Source: a bacterium (GTDB taxonomy: Bacteria > UBA8248). From it: a stretch of 64,000 nt of DNA. The notes below the pieces were generated by a model. The model was not told the origin of the DNA. It worked only from the letters and a program-made list of their open reading frames with translations, and searched no databases. The translations under genes and the position numbers were made by a program. Shown here piece after piece: positions 19,665-28,342 of the stretch; the first letter of the stretch is position 1; every line of letters begins with the position of its first letter. Location of the stretch: NCBI GenBank assembly GCA_965213685.1, contig CBDBZY010000003.1, positions 1 to 64,000 of the forward strand, written 5' to 3'.

Positions 19665-20732
19665 ATGGCAGCGGATTCAGGGTCGGGGAGTGCGCCCGCG
19701 TATGCGGATTCCGCCTTCCTGCGCGCCTGCCGGGGGCTGCCCAACGAGGCGACGCCCGTCTGGCTCATGCGCCAGGCGGGCCGATACATGCGGGAGTACC
19801 GCGCCGTTCGCGAGAGGGTCTCCTTCATCGAGCTGTGCCGCAGCCCCGACCTGGCCGCCGAAGTCGCCATCACGGCCCTCGACGCCATCGGCGCCGACGC
19901 CGCCATCCTGTTCTCCGACATCCTCCTCATCCTCCAGCCGATGGGCATGGATCTGGAATACGCGGAGGGGACGGGTCCCGTTCTGCGCAATCCGCTTCGC
20001 GCGGCCGCCGACGTGGATCGGCTGCGGGAGGCCACACCCGAGGAGAGCATGGCGTTCGTGTTCGAGGCGGTGCGCCAGACGCGGGCGGCCATGAACCCCG
20101 CCCTTCCGCTCATCGGCTTTTGCGGCGCGCCCTTCACCCTCGCCTCCTACATGATCGAGGGCGGCGGCTCGCGCCATTTCGAGAACACCAAGCGGTTCAT
20201 GTACGCGGATCCGGGCGCGTGGCGCGCGCTCATGGAGAAGCTGGTGCGCGGGCTGACGGGTTATCTGAACGGGCAGATACGCGCGGGTGCCCAGGCGGTG
20301 CAGATTTTCGACAGCTGGGCGGGCTGCCTCTCGCCCGAGGATTTTCGGGATTTCGTCCTGCCGCACAGCCGCGCGCTGATTGCCGGGATAGCGGAGGGGG
20401 CGCCCGTCATCCACTTCGCGACGGGGACCGCCCCCTACCTGGAAACCTTCGCCTCCGCCGGCGGCGACGTGGTGGGGGTCGATTTTCGCATGCGCCTCTC
20501 CCACGCCCGGGAGCGTCTGGGCGAGATGGGGGTGCAGGGCAATCTGGACCCGTGCGTCCTGCTCGCCGAGCCGGAGTATCTCCTCATGCGGACTGCGCGC
20601 GTCCTGCGCCAGGCGGGCGGGCGGCCGGGCCACATCTTCAACCTGGGCCACGGCGTTTTGCCGCAGACGCCGGTGGACAACGTCCGGCGGCTGGTCGGCT
20701 TCGTGCAGGAATGGAGGGCGGAGAGGGGATGA
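19665..20732 (+). CDS. hemE: Uroporphyrinogen decarboxylase
   Basis: PVWLMRQAGRY, DAAILFSDIL, IGFCGAPFTLASY, QIFDSWAG, QGNLDP, HIFNLGHG. Confidence 0.96.
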   Translation: MAADSGSGSAPAYADSAFLRACRGLPNEATPVWLMRQAGRYMREYRAVRERVSFIELCRSPDLAAEVAITALDAIGADAAILFSDILLILQPMGMDLEYAEGTGPVLRNPLRAAADVDRLREATPEESMAFVFEAVRQTRAAMNPALPLIGFCGAPFTLASYMIEGGGSRHFENTKRFMYADPGAWRALMEKLVRGLTGYLNGQIRAGAQAVQIFDSWAGCLSPEDFRDFVLPHSRALIAGIAEGAPVIHFATGTAPYLETFASAGGDVVGVDFRMRLSHARERLGEMGVQGNLDPCVLLAEPEYLLMRTARVLRQAGGRPGHIFNLGHGVLPQTPVDNVRRLVGFVQEWRAERG

Positions 20733-21706
20733 GCGGGCGGTTCGACTCCATCATCCTGATAGGCTTCGGTGGCCCCACGAAGGGCTGCTGCCGCCGGTAT
20801 GCGGAATGTCCGGGCGAGGCGTATTGCTATGTGGAGGGCATCGTCGGGGAAAGGGCGGGAGGCTCCGAGCGGATTCGGGAGGTGGCCGCGCATTATCGGC
20901 ATTTTGGCGGCGTCTCGCCCTTCACCTACTTCTCCCAGAAGCAGGCCGGCGCCCTCGAGATGGCACTGGAGGAGGCGGGCGTCCGCATCCCCGTCTATAC
21001 CGGCTACCGGTTCTGGACGCCATACGTCCGCGAGACGCTGGCCGAGATGGGCAGGCGCGGTCTGCGGCGCGCCCTCGGGGTGATACTCGCCCCCCACCGC
21101 ACGAAGATCAGCTGGGAGGCCTACCGGGGCGCCGTCGCGTCCGCGCGGGAGGAGCTGGGGGGCGCCGCCCCCGAAACCGCGTTCCTGGAGACGCCCTGGC
21201 ATCGGCGTCCGGGCTTCATCGACGCGGTCGCCGGCAGGGTGCGCCAGGCCGCCGCCGAAGGAGAGGGAGGAGAGAGGGGGGCGATGGGCGGTGCGCGCGT
21301 CATCTTCACGGCACACTCCATCCCCGTCTCCATGGCGCGGACTTCCGCGTATGCGGAGGAGTTTCGGGAAACGGCGACCCTGGCGGCGCGGAGGCTGGGT
21401 CTGGAGGAGCACCGGGTGGGCTTTCAGAGCAGCCCCGACGCCCCTCCGGGGACCTGGCTGGGCCCGGACGTGAAGGACGTCATCCGCGAGGCGGCGGCCG
21501 AGGGTGCCGACGCCGTCCTCCTCGTTCCCGTCGGTTTTCTGTGCGATCACGTGGAGGTGTTGTTCGACCTCGACATCGAGGCGCGCGAGGCGGCGGAGGA
21601 GGCGGGGCTGGCTTTTTGTCGCGCTCCCACCGTGGGGACGCACCCCGCGTTCATCGGAATGCTGCGCGATTTGGTTCTCGACGCGACGGCGGGGGAGAGG
21701 GGTTGA
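20729..21706 (+). CDS. hemH: Ferrochelatase (copro-/protoporphyrin) with an N-terminal Cys cluster
   Basis: IGFGGP, HYRHFGGVSP, FTAHSIP, FQS...WLGPDV, PVGFLCDHVEVLFDLD. Confidence 0.92.
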   Translation: MSGRFDSIILIGFGGPTKGCCRRYAECPGEAYCYVEGIVGERAGGSERIREVAAHYRHFGGVSPFTYFSQKQAGALEMALEEAGVRIPVYTGYRFWTPYVRETLAEMGRRGLRRALGVILAPHRTKISWEAYRGAVASAREELGGAAPETAFLETPWHRRPGFIDAVAGRVRQAAAEGEGGERGAMGGARVIFTAHSIPVSMARTSAYAEEFRETATLAARRLGLEEHRVGFQSSPDAPPGTWLGPDVKDVIREAAAEGADAVLLVPVGFLCDHVEVLFDLDIEAREAAEEAGLAFCRAPTVGTHPAFIGMLRDLVLDATAGERG

Positions 21707-23151
21707 CCCCGCACGCCCGGCGGGTGGTCGTGCTCGGCGGCGGCGTTACGGGACTTGTCGTCTGCCATCGCCTGCTCCGCGACTCGCGGGCGCAGAACCT
21801 GCCCTTGGAGGTTCGGCTCATCGAATCGGCTTCGCGGTTGGGCGGGGTCATCGAGACCGCGTTCGTGGACGGGGTGCTGATGGAGAAGGGCCCCGATTGT
21901 TTTCTCGCCTCCAGGCCGGAGGGCGTCCGTCTCTGCGAGGAGCTGGGCATCGCGGGGCAGCTCATCGGCACGAACGAGCGCCACCGCCGCAGCTTCGTTC
22001 TCCGGGGGGACGCGCTGCTGCCCGTGCCCCGGGGGTTCTATCTTCTGGCGCCATGCCAGGTCGGGCCATTCCTGACGACGCCGATTTTCAGTCCGCTCGG
22101 CAAGCTGCGGATGGCGATGGACCTCCTCCTCCCGCGCCGGCGGGGGGAGGGGGACGAATCCCTGGCCGATTTCGTGCGCAGGCGCCTCGGGCGCGAGGCG
22201 CTCGAGAGAATGGCCCAGCCCATGGTGGCGGGCATCTACTCGGCGGATCCCGAACGGCTGAGCCTGCGCGCCGCCCTGCCGCAGTTCCATGAGATGGAGC
22301 GGGAGCACCGGAGCGTCATCCTGGGGCTGCGGAGGCGGATGCGGCGAACGGGCGCGGAGGCTTCGGCCAGCGGCCCGAGGTACGGCCTGTTCGTCAGCCT
22401 CTCGCGCGGCATGGGCGCGCTGGTGGACGCCCTCGCCGCGCACATTTCCGATGCCTCGGTTCGCCTCGGCTGCAGGGCGGAGGAGGTTCGCAGGCGGGAG
22501 CGGGGCTGGAGCGTGCGCCTTCAGGACGGAGAGGTGCTGGACGCCGACGCGGTGTGCCTCGCGCTGCCGCCTCGCGCGTCGGCGCGGATGCTGGAGCGGG
22601 CGGCGCCGGGCCTCTCGCGCTCGCTGCTGGGCATACCCAGCGGTTCTCTGGCGACGTTGAACCTGGCGTATCGGGTCGGGCAGGTGGCGAACCCCCTCGA
22701 TGGCATGGGGTTCGTGGTGCCCGCCACGGAGAAGAAGACGCTTCTGGCGTGTTCGTTTTCGAGCACGAAATTTCGCGGGAGGGCGCCCGAGGGAAAGGTG
22801 CTCGTTCGCGCGTTCGCCGGAGGGGGGGACGACGCCCGCCCGCGGCCGACGGATCGGACGCTGGCGCGCCAGCTGGTGGACGAACTTCGCCCTGTGCTGG
22901 GGATTTCCGGAGAGCCGGAATCGCAAATCCTCTGCCGCTACGACGCGGCGTTGCCCCGTTTCGTGCTGGGCCATCTGGAGAGGGTCGGGCGAATCGAGGC
23001 CGAGGCGGACGCGACCCCGGGGCTCGCCCTGTGCGGCAACGCCTACCATGGCGTGGGCATTCCCGATTGCGTGAAGTCGGCGGAGCGCGCGGCGGAGAAG
23101 ATTCTGCGGGACGTGGGGGCTGTCCGTTCCGGTGCGAAAAAGGAAGAATAG
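21703..23151 (+). CDS. hemY: HemY-type coproporphyrinogen/protoporphyrinogen oxidase
   Basis: VVVLGGGVTGL FAD motif, RLGGVI, EKGPDCF, DESLADFVRRRLG, GFVVP, GVGIPDCV; TTG start overlaps the hemH stop. Confidence 0.92.
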   Translation: MTPHARRVVVLGGGVTGLVVCHRLLRDSRAQNLPLEVRLIESASRLGGVIETAFVDGVLMEKGPDCFLASRPEGVRLCEELGIAGQLIGTNERHRRSFVLRGDALLPVPRGFYLLAPCQVGPFLTTPIFSPLGKLRMAMDLLLPRRRGEGDESLADFVRRRLGREALERMAQPMVAGIYSADPERLSLRAALPQFHEMEREHRSVILGLRRRMRRTGAEASASGPRYGLFVSLSRGMGALVDALAAHISDASVRLGCRAEEVRRRERGWSVRLQDGEVLDADAVCLALPPRASARMLERAAPGLSRSLLGIPSGSLATLNLAYRVGQVANPLDGMGFVVPATEKKTLLACSFSSTKFRGRAPEGKVLVRAFAGGGDDARPRPTDRTLARQLVDELRPVLGISGEPESQILCRYDAALPRFVLGHLERVGRIEAEADATPGLALCGNAYHGVGIPDCVKSAERAAEKILRDVGAVRSGAKKEE

Positions 23152-23262
23152 CGGGGCGCGCTGTTTGACCGGCCGCGGCCGCGTTTGCTATGTATCATGG
23201 GTTTTGCTTCCGGTTTGGGCTGGTGCCTGGGTGCCTGGGTGTCTGGTGGTGGAGACGTCTTG

Positions 23263-23763
23263 ATGTTTGACGACGGGATGCAGCGCGATTTTCACAGGAG
23301 AATGATCGAGGAAATCCGCATCGTCCGCAGGCCGTATGTGGGCATCGTGTCGGGCTATCATGAGCTCGGCTACCGGGTGTTGGGGCCGGAGGTGGAGGAG
23401 GAGACGGGTTCGGTTCAGATATCCGGAAAACTGCTGGTGTCCCCCAAGCTGGTGTGGACGCCGGCCCAGGCTGAGAAGACTTTCGGCGAGATTTTCAAGG
23501 ACACCGAGATGATGGACTCCGACCTCATCGGCCGCGTGTTCGCGTTTCCGGCCGTGGGTTCGGGAAATTTCAACATCGAGAACGAGCACCTGCAAATCAC
23601 CCGTCACGAGTGGAGCCCGGACGTCTTGCTGGAGAAGGTGCTGAGCGAGCTCATGCGCCTCGAGACCACCGACACGGCGGTCGTCCGCACGCCGGACATC
23701 CGGTATTACCCGCTCGCCGTGCAGCGGTTCATCCACGAAATCCTGAAGGACGAATTCTCCTGA
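23263..23763 (+). CDS. Hypothetical protein
   Basis: GGAG RBS, balanced globular composition, GC3-biased codons; no family recognised. Confidence 0.75.
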   Translation: MFDDGMQRDFHRRMIEEIRIVRRPYVGIVSGYHELGYRVLGPEVEEETGSVQISGKLLVSPKLVWTPAQAEKTFGEIFKDTEMMDSDLIGRVFAFPAVGSGNFNIENEHLQITRHEWSPDVLLEKVLSELMRLETTDTAVVRTPDIRYYPLAVQRFIHEILKDEFS

Positions 23764-23836
23764 TGCGCGCCAAGCGCTCCCCCTTGAACTTTCCTCAGCG
23801 GGGAGCGGCATTTTTCTTTTCGGGAGGAAGTGTTCC

Positions 23837-24259
23837 ATGCCGGGGCCTGAACCCCAACTTTTGGCGATGCTGTTCTGCGATGATGTGACACAAGATCCTC
23901 AAACCCGGATGCATTCCGTTCTCGGGATTTTCGATGCGATATATCATTCCCAATTTCCCGCAACACATCCGCTGTTGTGGGTTTACGTCAGAGTCATCGA
24001 CGCCGAAGGGAAGTATGACTTCCGCCTGGATTTCGTGAACCTGAACGGTGAAGATGAAGAAGTCTTGGAGCAAGATGTTGCGCGCAACGTTCAGATTTCA
24101 GATCGTCTGCGCACTCACGAAATGATTTTCCGGCTATCCTCGGTACGCCTCCCCGAGGAGGGAAGGTATGAATTTCGGCTGTATGCGAACGACAAATTCA
24201 TCGGCAACCAGTCTCTGGTCGCCTTGGTGCGCCCGGCACAGCCGAAAGAAGGAGGTTGA
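23837..24259 (+). CDS. DUF6941-like small beta-sandwich protein
   Basis: LLAMLFCDDV..D......SVLGIFDAI...FP and EGRYEFRL pattern; GGAGG RBS; lower GC than the flanks. Confidence 0.7.
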   Translation: MPGPEPQLLAMLFCDDVTQDPQTRMHSVLGIFDAIYHSQFPATHPLLWVYVRVIDAEGKYDFRLDFVNLNGEDEEVLEQDVARNVQISDRLRTHEMIFRLSSVRLPEEGRYEFRLYANDKFIGNQSLVALVRPAQPKEGG

Positions 24260-24261
24260 TC

Positions 24262-24534
24262 ATGGACGCGAAGATCGAGCTGCATTCGGCGGCGCCGTCT
24301 GGCGTGCAAACGATTGGCGAGGAGACGGCTCCATCAGATCGGGTCCGCCCGGTGGGGAACGGGGTTTTGATAATTTTCAAAAATTTTGCCCTCAAGGAAC
24401 CCATCCCTGCGGAGCCTCTTTCCGCGAAGGACGCCGACGCCGAGCAACGCCGCGACCTTGCCGACGCCCTCGACGCCTTGAACGAACCTGATGGCGCCTC
24501 ATGGGCTGAGATCAAGAAAAAACACCGTCTTTGA
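24262..24534 (+). CDS. Putative type II antitoxin
   Basis: C-terminus DLADALDALNEPDGASWAEIKKKHRL resembles antitoxin tails found upstream of RelE/ParE toxins; TGATG coupling to the RelE start. Confidence 0.65.
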   Translation: MDAKIELHSAAPSGVQTIGEETAPSDRVRPVGNGVLIIFKNFALKEPIPAEPLSAKDADAEQRRDLADALDALNEPDGASWAEIKKKHRL

Positions 24535-24645
24535 TGGCCCCACCCTACCGGATCGTTTTCAAACCGCGAGCCGAGAAGCAACTCGCGGCGCTGCCCGGGA
24601 AGGACCGGGAGCGGATAGCGGAGATGATCGACGGCCTCGGTGGAG
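24534..24645 (+). pseudogene. RelE/ParE-family toxin, N-terminal half (interrupted)
   Basis: MAPPYRIVFKPRAEKQLAALPGKDRERIAEMIDGL, after which similarity stops abruptly. Confidence 0.75.
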
Positions 24646-24816
24646 GTGGCGACCTACTCCCCCGCCGTTCTCGCCGGCGTCACGCGCCTGGAGATTGACG
24701 GCGTGCTGATGCCCCTGCCTGACGAGCCGGCGGTGCTGGAGGGGAGCGAGTACATTCAATACGATATTCCGCTTTCCTTCGCGGCGGCGGCGGAACTGGT
24801 GGGAGATCTGGCGTAG
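24640..24816 (+). pseudogene. Probable 3' fragment of a foreign gene at the left edge of the insertion
   Basis: 59-codon open frame VEVATYSPAVLAGVTRLEIDGVLMPLPDEPAVLEGSEYIQYDIPLSF...LA* begins right at the RelE break. Confidence 0.4.
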
Positions 24817-24841
24817 GGCGCGAATATCGATGGGCTATTCA

Positions 24842-25206
24842 GGAGGGCATTGAAGTGAAGATCGCAATCATCATCACGCTGCTCACTCTCGCCACGCCCG
24901 CGCTCGCGGCGGAGACCTCGCCCCTCCGAAGTCCCATCGTGATCTGCTCTGTGGGGCATTGGTGTCGCATCGTTTGCCCACCTCCGCCGGATTTTTCCGG
25001 AAAATGGTTAAAGGAATTCGAGAATATCCGACGACACCTGCCGCATTTGACGCAGAAGGGATACGAGATATTCGGCCGGACATACGGATATGCTGATGTT
25101 GGAGCGATACTCATGAATGAACTTTTCAACAACATTTTGCTCGAATTCCGTTTTCGCAGGAGACGTGGGGGAAGACCTGTGTGCGGCGGAGGGCATTAAA
25201 GTGACG
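24842..25206 (+). repeat. Direct repeat pair GGAGGGCATT(G/A)AAGTGA(A/C)G at 24842-24860 and 25188-25206
   Basis: 19-nt copies with 2 mismatches, each containing an RBS plus GTG start, bracketing the secreted-protein gene. Confidence 0.7.
24855..25199 (+). CDS. Small secreted hypothetical protein
   Basis: AGGAGG RBS, GTG start, signal peptide MKIAIIITLLTLATPALA|AE; AT-richer than the flanks. Confidence 0.6.
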   Translation: MKIAIIITLLTLATPALAAETSPLRSPIVICSVGHWCRIVCPPPPDFSGKWLKEFENIRRHLPHLTQKGYEIFGRTYGYADVGAILMNELFNNILLEFRFRRRRGGRPVCGGGH

Positions 25207-25800
25207 ACTGAAACCTTGGGCCTGCGTCTACACGACTGGCAAAAAACGGAGCGAGGCGCGTTGACCGCCCGGGTGGCATACCTGGAGACGGAAACACCTG
25301 ATGGCGTCTCCCCTGGCGAGATCGTGGAGAGGGTGCGGTTTTCCCTCTCGGGCGCCCCTGATGGGCCGGCGCACCTGTCCGTAATCTCCGAGCCACCGGA
25401 CCCCTTCGCCCGCGTCCCGAAAATCGCAATCCGTGGCGTGGAGTTCTCCCTGGGCGCGCCGGAGGAGGTGGACGGCGAACTCGTGCGCACCCTGCCGATA
25501 GACGGCAAGGTGCGTATCCGTGCGGTGATGAGGCTGGGGAATATCCTGAGAATACAGACGGGCGGCTGGAGAGCCGTTTCCGAGTCCGTGGTATGTTTTC
25601 GGCGGCAATATACGTACGCCGCCGAAAATCCGGCGCCATTCACAGAGATCACGTACACCCCTGGAAAAACGCCCACGTTCGGCATTGTGGATACGGACGG
25701 AAGCACGGACGCCCTGGGGGAGTACTCGCACCTGGAGAAGAGGACTGCCATCCCCAAACCTCAAGCAAACTCAAAGGAAGCGACGGTTTGCGCCGCCTGA
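25201..25800 (+). CDS. Hypothetical protein, probably 3'-truncated and reading into the RelE remnant
   Basis: GGAGG RBS plus GTG 25201; the last ~20 codons overlap the RelE C-half in another frame. Confidence 0.5.
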   Translation: MTTETLGLRLHDWQKTERGALTARVAYLETETPDGVSPGEIVERVRFSLSGAPDGPAHLSVISEPPDPFARVPKIAIRGVEFSLGAPEEVDGELVRTLPIDGKVRIRAVMRLGNILRIQTGGWRAVSESVVCFRRQYTYAAENPAPFTEITYTPGKTPTFGIVDTDGSTDALGEYSHLEKRTAIPKPQANSKEATVCAA

Positions 25801-25900
25801 GGAAAGGGGCTTATCGCGTAGTGTACACGAGCCTGACGATGCCGGCACCATCCGCATCCTCAAGGTAGCGCATCGGAAGGACGCATACAGGGGCTTGTGA
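25733..25900 (+). pseudogene. RelE/ParE-family toxin, C-terminal half (with a 1-nt indel at ~25829)
   Basis: EEDCHPQTSSKLKGSDGLRRLRKGAYRVVYT / EPDDAGTIRILKVAHRKDAYRGL* matches the RelE 'KLKG...RLRVGDYRVVY...V.HR...Y' pattern. Confidence 0.8.
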
Positions 25901-25975
25901 TCCTTCTCCCGACCCCCCTCCCCCCGATGCGCGTCGCAGCAGACCCGGCGCGCCGGCCGGCGGCGCTCTACCGGA

Positions 25976-26353
25976 TCAGCACTTTGCGGGCGGGAGCGGG
26001 AGGCGCCCCCAGAATCGGCGCGTCCTGGCCACGAGCCGGTATCCCCATTCCACGGGCCAGATGAGAGGCGGTCTGCCCAGGATGCGGGCCGCCGCCCCCC
26101 AGCCCAGCAGGGACAACACCTCCACGCACGCGCGCCCGGCTTCGAGGGTGCGGCCGTCGGGTGCGACGAGCTGCACCGCCTCGCGCGCACGCTCACGCAA
26201 CGCATCGCCCAGGGGAGGGGAGGGCGCCTCCTGGTAGGGGACCGCCCATATCCGCTTCTTCTTGTCCCGGGAGACGACCCACATGACGCACCGGCGGCAC
26301 AACGCGCATTCCCCGTCCCAGAGCAGGATATGCGCGTTTTCGGGAACGCGCAT
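25976..26353 (-). CDS. DCC1-like thiol-disulfide oxidoreductase (DUF393)
   Basis: LLWDGECALC (DxxCxxC) at the N-terminus; GYRLVARTR near the C-terminus. Confidence 0.88.
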   Translation of the reverse strand: MRVPENAHILLWDGECALCRRCVMWVVSRDKKKRIWAVPYQEAPSPPLGDALRERAREAVQLVAPDGRTLEAGRACVEVLSLLGWGAAARILGRPPLIWPVEWGYRLVARTRRFWGRLPLPPAKC

Positions 26354-26959
26354 TCAGGAGGATGGAACGGGAAACACGCGCACCGCACCCGGGAACTCGG
26401 GGCAGTGCTGCTCGCAGGTGCCGCAGCCCACGCACGCCTCGCCTATCGCCGGGCCTTGCCCCCCCTCCTTCTTTTCGATGCGGATCGCGCCCTCCCCGAT
26501 GGGGCAGCGCGTCACGCAGTAGTTGCACGCGGGGTCGAGTCCGTTCCAGGCGAAGCAGGTTTCGGGATTCACGCGGGCCAGGCCGACGCGAATCTCCTCG
26601 CGGGGAACGAGGGTGAGCGCCCCGGTGGGGCAAGCCTTCATGCAGGAGAGGTCGTCGCAAACGACGCAGGCCGCGTCCGCCGGGATGATGCGGGGGGCGC
26701 GGAGGCCGGAGCCGTCCTCGCGGGAGATCATCAGTATCGCATCCGCCGGGCAGGCCTGTGCGCATTCCGCGCCGCCTGTGCAGAGTCGGAGAAAATCCGC
26801 CTCGGGCGCGGCCCCCGGCGGCCGCAGGACGGGGCCGTCGAGCGTCGATGGCACAACCTTCGTCCGGTGCTGGTGGGCACCCTCCATGAAGGCGCGCAAA
26901 AAAGACAGCGGCCCCTCCTTGAAAAACGTCTTGCGATCGATGTTTTTGTCCCTGTCCAT
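26354..26959 (-). CDS. NapF/NapG/MauM-like polyferredoxin
   Basis: LRPPGA, CAQACP, CVVCDDLSCMKACPTGAL, C..WNG...CNYCVTRCP, CVGCGTCEQHCP. Confidence 0.88.
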   Translation of the reverse strand: MDRDKNIDRKTFFKEGPLSFLRAFMEGAHQHRTKVVPSTLDGPVLRPPGAAPEADFLRLCTGGAECAQACPADAILMISREDGSGLRAPRIIPADAACVVCDDLSCMKACPTGALTLVPREEIRVGLARVNPETCFAWNGLDPACNYCVTRCPIGEGAIRIEKKEGGQGPAIGEACVGCGTCEQHCPEFPGAVRVFPVPSS

Positions 26960-27076
26960 TCCGCTTCCGTGTCCTTCCCGCCTTGCTTCTCGCTCGAGGT
27001 TGTGCGACAAGTGCATTATCAGTATAGGGAATCGCCAGGATTTTGCATCCCCTCCCGTCTTCCGAGGAGAACGCCC

Positions 27077-28342
27077 TTGCCAGCGGACACCGCCACCCAG
27101 AAAATCCTGGCGCGCGCAAGCGGGCGCGCGCGCGTGGACGTGGGCGAGATCGTCTGGGCGCGGGTCGACGCCCATCTCATGCACGACAACCAGGGGCCGT
27201 TCCGCATGGGGAAGGATTTCGCGGAACTCGGCCTCCCCATATGGGACAAGGAGCGCTTCCTGCTGACGGCAGACCACCACAACCCGCCGACGCAGGACTC
27301 CCAGGCCAGGGTTCTCAACGTCACCAGAGCCTGGGCGGCCGAGCAGGAGCTCTCCCATTTCTACGACGGCGAGGGCATCTGCCACATCTTGCTGGCGGAG
27401 AAGGGCTTCGTGCGTCCGGGCGGCCTCGTCACCGGCACCGACAGCCACACCACGAACGCGGGCGCCCTGGGCGCCCTGGGCGTGGCGATAGGCCCCACGG
27501 AGAGCATCGGCGTGCTCGCTAAGGGGGAGGTCTGGCTCCGCGTGCCCGAGACGATACGGATTCGCTTCAGCGGCGCGGCGCCCGAAGGCGTCTGCGGCAA
27601 GGACATGGCCCTGCGCGCGCTTCGGGACCTCAAGGTGGACGGGGCGGAATACAAGGTGCTCCAGTTCGAGGGCGAGGCGCTCATGGCGCTGCCCGTGGAG
27701 GACCGCATGACGCTCTCCAACATGGCGGCGGAATTCAGCGCCAAGAGCGCCATCATGGAGGTGGACGAGGCGACGGAGGAATACCTGAAAAACGCGGGCG
27801 CCGGGGAGGGCTGGGAGGCGGTGCGCTCCGACCCGGACGCGGGCTACGCCGCATCCTGGGAATATGACGTCTCCCGCCTGTCCCCCCAGGTGGCGTGTCC
27901 GCACCGCATGGACAACGTCCGGCCGGTGGAGGAGGTGGAGTCGCCTCCGCTCCACCGGGCGCACATCGGCTCCTGCACGGGGGCGAAACTCTTCGACCTG
28001 CGGGCGGCGGCGGCCGTCCTCAAGGGCAGGCGCGTCGCCGCAGGCCTTCAGCTGCTCATCGCGCCCGCGAGCAAGGCCATCTTGAGGGAGGCGATGGCGG
28101 AGGGGACGCTGGGGGCGATCCTCGACGCGGGCGGCGTCCTCCTGCCCACCACGTGCGGCATCTGCGCGGGCCGGGGGCCGGGACAGCTGGGCGACGGGGA
28201 GGTCTGCGTCTCCTCGGCCAACCGCAACTACAAGGGCCGGATGGGGAGCCTGGGGGCGTCGATATATCTCGCCTCGGCCGCCACGGTGGCGGCGAGCGCC
28301 GTCCGGGGCCGCGTGGCCGACCCGAGGGAGTTCCTCTCATGA
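27077..28342 (+). CDS. 3-isopropylmalate dehydratase/homoaconitase-family large subunit
   Basis: QKILARASG, MHD, DHH, GICH, GTDSHTT, RMTLSNMAAE, IGSCT, CGICAG, SSANRNYKGRMG; AGGAG RBS plus TTG. Confidence 0.92.
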   Translation: MPADTATQKILARASGRARVDVGEIVWARVDAHLMHDNQGPFRMGKDFAELGLPIWDKERFLLTADHHNPPTQDSQARVLNVTRAWAAEQELSHFYDGEGICHILLAEKGFVRPGGLVTGTDSHTTNAGALGALGVAIGPTESIGVLAKGEVWLRVPETIRIRFSGAAPEGVCGKDMALRALRDLKVDGAEYKVLQFEGEALMALPVEDRMTLSNMAAEFSAKSAIMEVDEATEEYLKNAGAGEGWEAVRSDPDAGYAASWEYDVSRLSPQVACPHRMDNVRPVEEVESPPLHRAHIGSCTGAKLFDLRAAAAVLKGRRVAAGLQLLIAPASKAILREAMAEGTLGAILDAGGVLLPTTCGICAGRGPGQLGDGEVCVSSANRNYKGRMGSLGASIYLASAATVAASAVRGRVADPREFLS

